DNA of 64,000 nucleotides from Candidatus Bilamarchaeum dharawalense. GTDB taxonomy: Archaea; Micrarchaeota; Micrarchaeia; Anstonellales; Bilamarchaeaceae. The notes under the pieces were generated by a model, which was not told the origin of the DNA, ran no database searches, and saw nothing but the letters and a program-made list of their open reading frames with translations. Every line of letters begins with the position of its first letter. Position 1 is the stretch's first letter. The position numbers and the translations under genes are program-made. Below, piece after piece: positions 51,076 to 58,990 of the stretch. The stretch is from contig CABMJJ010000003.1 of NCBI GenBank assembly GCA_902386555.1, positions 32,939 through 96,938 on the forward strand, read 5' to 3'.

Positions 51076-51672
51076 ATGAGAAAGGTATCTGAGTTGGTTT
51101 GGTTATATGTAAAGAGACGTCCATTTCTGAAAGAGATTATACGGGATGGGGCAGTAAATTTTTCTGCACTCGCAAGAAAAATATCCATTGATGCTTTTGG
51201 AAATAAAAAAAATCAGAATGCAGTAAAGATGGCATTAATCAGAATGAACAGTAGGCTTGCTAAAGTTGAAGACAGCTTAGAAGATAAGATCAATTACCTG
51301 TTGAAAAAAAGTTCAATGGTAATCAAAAACAAAGTGGTGGTTGTGATAGGCAAAAAAGAAATAGATGGTTTGAAACCGCTTTCCTATGCAAGATCAGGAC
51401 GGCATGTTACCTATATCCTTGAACAAAAAGATTTCGAGAACATACCAAAAAAGTTGATTTGGAAAAGCGAGGAAAACCTTAATCTGATCACAATTGAAAG
51501 CCCGGAAACTTTAGAAGAGGTGCCAGGTGTCATATCCCATATTCTAAGTGCATTGGCATCCGAGGGAATAAATGTGGTGGAATTGATTTCCTGCTACACG
51601 GATACAATTCTGGTTGTTAAACAGGCAGATACCGCAAGAGCCTACCAGATATTATCCGAGTTAACAGCATAG
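51076..51672 (+). CDS. ACT-domain protein with an N-terminal wHTH-like region (amino-acid-responsive regulator type)
   Basis: The C-terminal VPGVISHILSALASEGINVVELISCYTDTILVV is ACT-like. ATG 51076 lies downstream of TTTATATAA at about 51009. Confidence 0.6.
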   Translation: MRKVSELVWLYVKRRPFLKEIIRDGAVNFSALARKISIDAFGNKKNQNAVKMALIRMNSRLAKVEDSLEDKINYLLKKSSMVIKNKVVVVIGKKEIDGLKPLSYARSGRHVTYILEQKDFENIPKKLIWKSEENLNLITIESPETLEEVPGVISHILSALASEGINVVELISCYTDTILVVKQADTARAYQILSELTA

Positions 51673-51705
51673 TTTTTAAACACATTTTTACATGTTTTAT
51701 AATAT

Positions 51706-52365
51706 ATGAGGATAGAAAGAAGTTCGGAAACGCAATTGAACCGACAAAAATTTTCCAGATATATGGTACCACTGGCAGCAGGCCTGGCAATAGTTCTTTT
51801 TGCAGCAACTAGTAATGATAGGTTGCCTCCACGACCGAAGATCGAACACTCAGTGGTCCCCCCTAAAAGCACTAAACAAGAGGAACCAATGGGCCACAGA
51901 GTGACTGACTTCAGCGGAATCAAAAAACTAAAAGCAGAGGAACCTAGACCGGCAGAAATTGAAGACGAGGCACTTGCAAATAATACTGTAATGGTTATGG
52001 ACTTTGGTGAATATTCTGGTATTCCTCACGTCAAAAGAGTGACCGTGGAAGGAGTGGAGATGGAAATACGCGGGGACAGGGGAACGGAAACAATAGTGAT
52101 GGAATTCGGCCAGCCCTTTTATGTAAGTGTTATTGACTTGAGTCTTGATGGATATTATTCCATGCCCATGGAATTGGAAAGAGCAGGAGATTGGTATGAG
52201 GTAAAACCATCCTGCAAAGCTGCAACCATGTTTGTTATTTTTGGAAATGCATCTTCTGGATTGTTGCCCCATTGTCGCACGGGAATTGAAACAGAGGGAG
52301 GACCATTGGCAGAAAAAGAAATGACAAAAACAGTTATGACCAATCTTGAGATGAATTCCTGGTAA
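51706..52365 (+). CDS. Hypothetical membrane-anchored protein, 219 aa
   Basis: N-terminal TM VPLAAGLAIVLFAA. No motif recognised. Confidence 0.5.
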   Translation: MRIERSSETQLNRQKFSRYMVPLAAGLAIVLFAATSNDRLPPRPKIEHSVVPPKSTKQEEPMGHRVTDFSGIKKLKAEEPRPAEIEDEALANNTVMVMDFGEYSGIPHVKRVTVEGVEMEIRGDRGTETIVMEFGQPFYVSVIDLSLDGYYSMPMELERAGDWYEVKPSCKAATMFVIFGNASSGLLPHCRTGIETEGGPLAEKEMTKTVMTNLEMNSW

Positions 52366-52376
52366 TTTTAAAAATT

Positions 52377-52556
52377 CGGGCCCGGCGAGATTTGAACTCG
52401 CGACCTACAGCTTTCCGCTTCCCTATGAAAAGATGTTTCTTTCCATGGGCACAGGAAACGTTGTTTCCTGCTGTTTGGAAAAAAGCGAACCAAAAATCGG
52501 TTTGCTATTTCCCAGATTAGAAGGCTGCCGCTCTATCCAAGCTGAGCTACGAGCCC
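52377..52556 (-). tRNA. tRNA-Arg(UCU) with one long (about 105 nt) anticodon-loop intron
   Basis: Exons are 52556-52518 (GGGCTCGTAGCTCAGCTTGGATAGAGCGGCAGCCTTCTA) and 52412-52377 (AGCTGTAGGTCGCGAGTTCAAATCTCGCCGGGCCCG). The fold is a canonical cloverleaf with anticodon loop CUUCUAA. The junction is ambiguous by 1 nt. Confidence 0.85.
52415..52487 (-). repeat. 73-nt intron core identical to 32915-32987
   Basis: See 32915-32987. Similarity continues more weakly for about 20 nt beyond the identical block. Confidence 0.85.
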
Positions 52557-52712
52557 AAGATTAAATAAGTTTCAATCCTGCTTAACGAACCCGTTTTGGC
52601 TCCATCTTTTGCTAAAAGGTGAAAGCTACGAGTCCATTTGAGATCATACTAAGTAAAGTAATATTTAACAACATTAGTTTTCTGCAAAATTAGAAAAATA
52701 AAAGTAGGGGAA

Positions 52713-52796
52713 TTATTCGTCGTCTTCTCCCCAATCCTCATCCTCGAAGTCTTCGTCCTCATCGAAGTCTTCTTCTTCATCTACCCTAAGTATCAT
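52713..52796 (-). CDS. Putative hyper-acidic micro-ORF B (27 aa: MILRVDEEEDFDEDEDFEDEDWGEDDE)
   Basis: ATG 52796 lies 1 nt after the stop of micro-ORF A. It is a paralogue of A, with a shared (I/V)DEEED..D.E.D...EDEW motif. It is too short to call confidently. Confidence 0.3.
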   Translation of the reverse strand: MILRVDEEEDFDEDEDFEDEDWGEDDE

Positions 52797-52797
52797 A

Positions 52798-52884
52798 TTA
52801 CTCGTCTCCTTCATCCCACTCGTCTTCCTCGGAATCTTCTTCGTCGTCTAAATCCTCTTCTTCGTCTATAGACATTGGTTTCAT
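52798..52884 (-). CDS. Putative hyper-acidic micro-ORF A (28 aa: MKPMSIDEEEDLDDEEDSEEDEWDEGDE)
   Basis: This is the internal ATG of the 60-aa track ORF, whose N-terminal extension looks non-coding. AGGTAG lies about 8 nt upstream. Confidence 0.3.
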   Translation of the reverse strand: MKPMSIDEEEDLDDEEDSEEDEWDEGDE

Positions 52885-53117
52885 AGTATCTACCTGAGAG
52901 TTGATGGTATAACGTAAAAAGTCTTTTAAAGGTTCCCCATAATGCCCAAGCACAAATAAAAAGCTAAATGTGGCCAACAAACTATGGGAAAAGGCGCAAA
53001 AACAGATTTTGTATTCATTCGGACAAAGAATTGGAAGGAAATAGACAAAAAAATGAAACGGCTAAAATGTTTACGCAGCGGGGTTATTAGAGTAGAAAAA
53101 ACAGGGGTCACGATATT

Positions 53118-54119
53118 ATGTGCCCGTTCATAACATCGTTAATGATTCCGACCGGAGTGAAAGCTTCTGTCGGCGGGTACTTGGGTGACGCCACTCCGTT
53201 TGCAAATCTCATGGCTTCGATTTCTGATTATACAATAACACACCCCAATGTTGTAAACGGCGGGGTACTTAATCTTATGAAAGATAATATTCTGTACACT
53301 GAAGGAACGCTTTTTGACATGTTTTTCCGGGGAGAGATAACACTTACTCCATCAAAAGGAAATCGAATTGGTGTTGTGATTGAAAAAACCAGTGATAGGG
53401 GTGCAGTGGCATTGATAAAAAATACCATAAACGGATTGCACGCAGATGGGGGAGTAAGTGTTGTTGGAACTGAGATGACTGGGAGGATAGTTGGTGCCAA
53501 AGCACTGATAAAGGATGGGGTTGCCTATGGTAGCATAGCTGATCTGACGCAACTCGACAAACCAATAAAAAAATTAATTGCAGCTGGTGCGCAGAGCATA
53601 GCGTTGAGTATTAACATAGAATCTGATCCCAATCTATGGGAACAATATTACCAAGGAAAATTACCAAACCCGGTTGGTGCATTGGAAGCTGTGGTTTCTC
53701 ATTATGTTGTCAAAAAATACAGAATACCTGCAGCCCATGCTCCGCTTGTTTGTGAAAAAGATTGGAAGGTGAATCTTAGGGATAAAGAAGTGTTTTGGAG
53801 AGCTGGCGAAGAAGCCATATCCCCAGCCTACCTAGGGTGTATTTTAATTGGTCTTTCAAGAGCACCAAAAATATCAAAAAAAGGCGCGGGAGTTGGAATC
53901 GGGGATGTTTCAGCCCTGGTTGTTCCCCACTCTGCCTGCGGTGGAATACCTGTTTTCGAATGCATGAAGAGAAAAATACCAGTAATCGCAGTAAAGGAAA
54001 TAGCTACCAATTTGAATGTTACACCAAGAACCATTGGAATTAACGCCATTGAAGTGGACACCATGGATGATGCACTTGGAAAACTAATCGAAATAAAAGA
54101 AGGAATAAAATTAGAGTGA
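53118..54119 (+). CDS. Conserved hypothetical protein (DUF3326-like by recollection)
   Basis: The N-terminal IPTGVKASVGGYLGDATP resembles the IPTGIGAxIGGxAGDA start I associate with DUF3326. Not verified. Confidence 0.4.
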   Translation: MCPFITSLMIPTGVKASVGGYLGDATPFANLMASISDYTITHPNVVNGGVLNLMKDNILYTEGTLFDMFFRGEITLTPSKGNRIGVVIEKTSDRGAVALIKNTINGLHADGGVSVVGTEMTGRIVGAKALIKDGVAYGSIADLTQLDKPIKKLIAAGAQSIALSINIESDPNLWEQYYQGKLPNPVGALEAVVSHYVVKKYRIPAAHAPLVCEKDWKVNLRDKEVFWRAGEEAISPAYLGCILIGLSRAPKISKKGAGVGIGDVSALVVPHSACGGIPVFECMKRKIPVIAVKEIATNLNVTPRTIGINAIEVDTMDDALGKLIEIKEGIKLE

Positions 54120-56024
54120 TTATTTTAATCTTACAGCTTCCAGATCTCCCAGTGCACGAGAATCTTTTCTCATCATCATGCTGATGGAGCGGGCAAACTC
54201 TTCTGTTTTGCCCCAGTCACCATGCATGGTCATAATGCGTTCTGGAGTTGGTCGCAGATTTTTCAGATATGCCATGAGCTGTGCACGATCGCTGTGACCA
54301 GAGAAACCTTCGGCAGTCTCTACACGCATGTTAATATTGAGTGATTTCATCTTACCATCATCACCCAGAATAGGAAGCTCTTTCATACCCTGTTGGATTT
54401 TACTACCAAGCGAAAGTGCACTCTGATAACCAACAAATACAAGTGTATTATTTGGATTGTCAGCCATGAGTTTCAAATATTCATAGGATGGACCACCGGT
54501 AAGCATACCAGATGGAGCAAGGATAATTGCTGGTTCGCCATTAACGATTTCTTCTTTTGACGTTCCCTTGGCAACTTTTATCATTGGTGACTCGAAAGGA
54601 CTGCGGTCAGATAGAATTCTGCGCTGGAGTTGTTCGCGTAGATATTCAGGGTAGGCAGTGTGGATTGCAGATGCTTCCAAAATCATACCATCGATGTAAA
54701 TTGGAACATTGAAATCAGGCTCTCTTCTGGCAAGATCTTCAAGAACCAACAAAATTTCCTGGGATCGACCAACTGAGAAAACTGGTATGAGTACCTTTCC
54801 TCGTTTGGCAACGGTTTCTTTGATAATGCTAAATAGTTTTGTTTCACTGTCAAAGCGATTAACTGAAATGTCATTTCTGCCACCATAGGTACTTTCAATC
54901 AACAGAGTTTCAAGTCTTGGAAAATGAGTCGTTGCTGGATCGAATAATCTAGTAAAACCAAATTTTATATCTCCAGAATAGACAAGATTGTGTGCACCTT
55001 CACCAATGTGAAGATGGATGCTTGCACTTCCAAGAATGTGACCGGCATTGTAGAGAGTCATTTTTATTTCTGGTGTGATATCCACAACTTCTTCGTAATC
55101 AACAGTAATAACATTTCTGAGTTCTTTGTAGATGTCTTTTTTGGTATATGGTGCATCAACATTGAATGCTTTTTTGCAAAGGTTGATGTAGTCCTGTTGT
55201 AGAAGGACCATGAAATCTCTTGTTGGCGGTGTACAATAAACAGGTCCGTCATATCCGTAGGCATACAAATAGGGTAGGAAACCCATGTGATCCATATGTC
55301 CATGGCTAATGACAACTGCGTCGATTTCTTCAAGTGAGAATCCAGCCATGTTCAAATAGGGATAGGCGCGGGTGGGATCCGAGGTTGCCGTGTTGACACC
55401 AACATCTAGCAAAACCTTACTGTTTGGTGTTTGAACAAGTAGGCAGGATCGACCAACTTCCCTAAAACCACCAAGGGCCATAATCCTAATCCAATCTCCT
55501 GCTGGAGTTGGCTGGCATATTTTTTTACCGATATTAACTAAAAATTTCTTGCGCTCTGATGCTTCGAGAACATTTATTTTGCGAATACCATCGATGGTTG
55601 CGGATGGCATGGTAGGTGCACGTAGAGTCACCGGTGCCCATCGTGTCTTGAGCATTATTTCCTTGAGAATGGATCCTCCCTTGCCAATAACTAGACCGGG
55701 TTTGATTGCTTCGATTCGCACTTCACACATTTCCGGTACAAACGTGATGTTCTTTATTTCTGCTTCCTTTGGAACCGTGGATTCTATAAGAGCCTTGGCT
55801 TCGCCCATGTCAGTTAGTTCGCTGGGATCTACTCTGATGGTAACTTTTTTCTTAAGAGCGCTTGCCAATTCTTTTATCAAACGATCATTGGAATAGAAAG
55901 CTTCAATATTTCTTATGTAAATAACCGTGGACAGACCTTCTGGCTCAACCTTCGTAACCTCGCATTGGGGTGGCATGATTTCGCTTATTCGTTTTACAAT
56001 ATCTTTGTAGTGCAATGAAAACAC
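54120..56024 (-). CDS. fttA: aCPSF1/FttA: KH-domain plus metallo-beta-lactamase/beta-CASP ribonuclease (archaeal termination factor)
   Basis: Two N-terminal KH-like segments (GLVIGKGGSILKEI), then VISHGHMDHMG and beta-CASP motifs. 634 aa. GTG start. Confidence 0.9.
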   Translation of the reverse strand: MFSLHYKDIVKRISEIMPPQCEVTKVEPEGLSTVIYIRNIEAFYSNDRLIKELASALKKKVTIRVDPSELTDMGEAKALIESTVPKEAEIKNITFVPEMCEVRIEAIKPGLVIGKGGSILKEIMLKTRWAPVTLRAPTMPSATIDGIRKINVLEASERKKFLVNIGKKICQPTPAGDWIRIMALGGFREVGRSCLLVQTPNSKVLLDVGVNTATSDPTRAYPYLNMAGFSLEEIDAVVISHGHMDHMGFLPYLYAYGYDGPVYCTPPTRDFMVLLQQDYINLCKKAFNVDAPYTKKDIYKELRNVITVDYEEVVDITPEIKMTLYNAGHILGSASIHLHIGEGAHNLVYSGDIKFGFTRLFDPATTHFPRLETLLIESTYGGRNDISVNRFDSETKLFSIIKETVAKRGKVLIPVFSVGRSQEILLVLEDLARREPDFNVPIYIDGMILEASAIHTAYPEYLREQLQRRILSDRSPFESPMIKVAKGTSKEEIVNGEPAIILAPSGMLTGGPSYEYLKLMADNPNNTLVFVGYQSALSLGSKIQQGMKELPILGDDGKMKSLNINMRVETAEGFSGHSDRAQLMAYLKNLRPTPERIMTMHGDWGKTEEFARSISMMMRKDSRALGDLEAVRLK

Positions 56025-56105
56025 CTCGAAATTTTATTTAATTTACTTGGATTACCTGGAGGTAATAAGTATTAGAGAGAGAACAAATTCAAAAAAACAA
56101 AAAGA

Positions 56106-56741
56106 TTATGCGTTCAAGAGTTTGGAGACTTCGTCTTTTGTAAGTCTCTTGAAACCGGATTTTGTGACCATGGTTAGGTCAACACGTTCACCACTTGCTG
56201 CGTCTCTTTTCATAGCAGCACTCACAGCCTTTGCAGCAATTGTGAGGTTGGTAGTGATATCCTTATCTTCCCGATAAAGTTCTTCAAGTACACCGTAGGC
56301 GATTGGAGAACCACTGCCTGTTGATGTAAGTTTTTCTTCAGTGACACCACCTAGCATATCAACTGAAAAAAGTCTTGGTCTTTCATCCATGCCGCCAATA
56401 AGCAGCTGGACAAAGAAGGGATAGAACTTATATTGAGTGAGTATATTTGCAAGTAAAGTTGCAGCTGCTTCCACGGTAGCTGGTTTCTCATTTTTAAGCT
56501 CGTAGAGTTTCAGTTCGGCAGTCATCCATCGGATCAATGTTTGAGCATCTCCGACGCCACCTGCAATGGTCATAGCAATGCGATCAGATACCTGATATAC
56601 CTTATCGATATCTTTGCTTGCGATAAGATATCCCATGGTAGCTCTTCGATCACTGGCAAGAACAATTCCGTCTTTACATACTAAACCGACTGTTGTGGTG
56701 CCGGTTTGTTTAGCTTCTTTTTGATTATCCATCAAAATCAC
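56106..56741 (-). CDS. psmB: Proteasome subunit beta
   Basis: A propeptide is followed by the catalytic TTTVGLVCKDGIVLASDRRAT. Confidence 0.9.
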   Translation of the reverse strand: MILMDNQKEAKQTGTTTVGLVCKDGIVLASDRRATMGYLIASKDIDKVYQVSDRIAMTIAGGVGDAQTLIRWMTAELKLYELKNEKPATVEAAATLLANILTQYKFYPFFVQLLIGGMDERPRLFSVDMLGGVTEEKLTSTGSGSPIAYGVLEELYREDKDITTNLTIAAKAVSAAMKRDAASGERVDLTMVTKSGFKRLTKDEVSKLLNA

Positions 56742-56790
56742 TTCGGGAGAACAAGTAATGGATAGATGTACATGGGAGAATTTTTAAATG

Positions 56791-58173
56791 CTACCAGTGG
56801 CTCTCAGCGATCTGGTTGATTGCCAGTATTGCCCTGTGGGCATCGCTTATATTATTATAAAATGCAAATGAAGCACGAACTGCTCCTGGAAGCATGCTTT
56901 GGTCTCCACCGACTGTGCCAAGCATCATTGCCATCATATCCATAAATTCCGGTGGCTTCCCCAAGAATCTGGACATGAGAATGTGAGCACAGAAACACCC
57001 ATCCCGAACGCTGATGCCTTCTTGATCCAAGGCACGGGCAAATGCATCATAACGAAGATCTCGTGAATTAAACACGAATATGGGTATTCGTCCCATATAT
57101 CCTGCTGGCGAATGCATCACTATACCTGGAATTTTTTCAAGTTCATTGCCAAAATACTTACCTAGTTCTTCATCATGTGCAGCAATTCTATCCATCCCAA
57201 TTGCAGAAAGATAATCAAGTGCAAATCCCCATTCAACTGCTCCTTCGAGGTTCTGAGTACCTGGTTCAAATCGGTCTGGACTTCGTGAATATGCAGTTTC
57301 ATGCATTGATACTAATTGCACTGCACCGCCGCCACTTACCAGGTTTGTTAGGTACTCTTCACCACTTCCACTTATGAAAAATGCCCCAATGCCAGTTGGC
57401 CCATACATTTTATGTGCCGATACTCCTGCAAAATCAACATCAAGACGATCAAGATCAATTGGAATGTGGCCAGCAGATTGGGCCATATCAAGATAGATTA
57501 GAACCCTGTCACCCACCAGCTCGCGGATTCTTTGAACATTGTTAACAGTACCAGTTACATTGGAAGCATGAACAAGATTAAGTAGAATTGGACCATCAAA
57601 ACGCATTACAACATCTCTAAGAACATTCAGATCCAGAGCGCCATCTCGAGTCACTGGAATGATGGCAAATTTAACACCTGCTGCTCCAGCAAAATTACGT
57701 GCAGTTACTATTTGGGAATTGTGTTCGGCTTCAGTAGCCAAAACCAAGGTATCCCTACCATAGGCAAATCTAGTTGCTAGAAGGTTCGAAGTTCCAGTGG
57801 TTCCGCTAGTAAATGCGACATGATAGTTATGGGCATGGAAAAAGGCACTGATTTTTTCTTTTGCAGCATCATATTCCTCTTGAGCTCTGCGGGCTTCGGT
57901 GGTGTTTCTTGAATGGTTGCTACCTCGCAAATGGCTGAGCCGGTGCTCATGCATACGTTCAATGACAGCTACTGGCTCTTGGCTGGTTGCACCAGAATCA
58001 AGATAAACTCGTCTGTCTCTTTCAAAAAGTGGGAAATCTCTTTTTCTAATATCTTCTATATTTGGTAGAAGACCTGGAAAAAATTCTCCAACTCTCCCTT
58101 CTTTAACGATTCTTGGAACATCAATAAAGCCATTTACTAAGGGCGGCCTTGATACTGATTGCCTAGGATTCAT
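56791..58173 (-). CDS. Class V aminotransferase / cysteine desulfurase (SufS/CsdA-like)
   Basis: PLP-lysine motif SAHKMYGPTGIGAF and C-terminal VRDGCFCAH (cf. RxGxHCA). Confidence 0.8.
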   Translation of the reverse strand: MNPRQSVSRPPLVNGFIDVPRIVKEGRVGEFFPGLLPNIEDIRKRDFPLFERDRRVYLDSGATSQEPVAVIERMHEHRLSHLRGSNHSRNTTEARRAQEEYDAAKEKISAFFHAHNYHVAFTSGTTGTSNLLATRFAYGRDTLVLATEAEHNSQIVTARNFAGAAGVKFAIIPVTRDGALDLNVLRDVVMRFDGPILLNLVHASNVTGTVNNVQRIRELVGDRVLIYLDMAQSAGHIPIDLDRLDVDFAGVSAHKMYGPTGIGAFFISGSGEEYLTNLVSGGGAVQLVSMHETAYSRSPDRFEPGTQNLEGAVEWGFALDYLSAIGMDRIAAHDEELGKYFGNELEKIPGIVMHSPAGYMGRIPIFVFNSRDLRYDAFARALDQEGISVRDGCFCAHILMSRFLGKPPEFMDMMAMMLGTVGGDQSMLPGAVRASFAFYNNISDAHRAILAINQIAESHW

Positions 58174-58273
58174 GTGATATAATGTGGGTGCTAGTGTTTA
58201 TAAAGATTAATTTTAACAATACCCCTCTCCAAGCCGAACGAGTTTTTATAAAACATAGTGGAGAGTATCTGCC

Positions 58274-58990
58274 ATGGAAGACTCTTGTGGCTTTAAACGA
58301 ATCCCTTCCGGTATCCAGGGCCTGGATAGTATGATCGGTGGGGGTTTCCCTGAAAATAGTGCCATAATGGTACGCGGAGGAACTGGAACCTGTAAAACAA
58401 ACCTCTGTATTCAATATCTTTATGTTGGAGCATTGAAGTACAAAGATCCAGGCGTAATGATAACCTTTGCAGAATCAAAAACAAGAATACACCAGCATGC
58501 CCATGGTTTTGACTGGGACCTGGATGCACTTGAAAAAAAAGGAATGTTTACCATAATTCGCTATGAGCCCCATGAAGTACTGAAAGTTATGGAAGAAGGC
58601 GGAGGTTCAGTAAGAGACACCATAGAATCTCTAGGTGCAAAAAGAGTAGTCATCGATTCGATTACTGCCTATGAAATGTTATTTGAGAAAAGATATAGAG
58701 CCAATGAGTCCATATTAAATTTATTTGAAATGCTTAGAAGTTGGAAGGCAACAACTTTAGTAACATCAGAATCACCAGTTGCTCCAAATGAGGACTACCG
58801 GGGAAGAACAGGATTCTTGAGTGACGGTATTATTCACATGTATAATCTTAGACTAGGCCAGCATAGACTTAGAGCACTGGAAGTGATAAAAATGCGTGAT
58901 ACCACGCACACTGACCAGGTGAGAATGTTCAAACTAGGAAAGAATGGTGTAGAAATAGGAAAGGAATTGAAAAATGTTGCAAAATTCTAA
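58274..58990 (+). CDS. KaiC/RecA-superfamily ATPase, ArlH(FlaH)-like, first gene of the pilus-like operon
   Basis: GIQGLDSMIGGGFPENSAIMVRGGTGTCKT contains a P-loop with Cys where the GK[ST] glycine is expected. Walker B-like RVVIDSI. Confidence 0.7.
   Translation: MEDSCGFKRIPSGIQGLDSMIGGGFPENSAIMVRGGTGTCKTNLCIQYLYVGALKYKDPGVMITFAESKTRIHQHAHGFDWDLDALEKKGMFTIIRYEPHEVLKVMEEGGGSVRDTIESLGAKRVVIDSITAYEMLFEKRYRANESILNLFEMLRSWKATTLVTSESPVAPNEDYRGRTGFLSDGIIHMYNLRLGQHRLRALEVIKMRDTTHTDQVRMFKLGKNGVEIGKELKNVAKF

Noticed and set aside
56051-56064. Small palindrome TTACCT-GG-AGGTAA between psmB and the aCPSF1 gene.
   Set aside because: Only 6-bp arms, and unremarkable for an AT-rich spacer. It is probably part of a terminator or promoter context.
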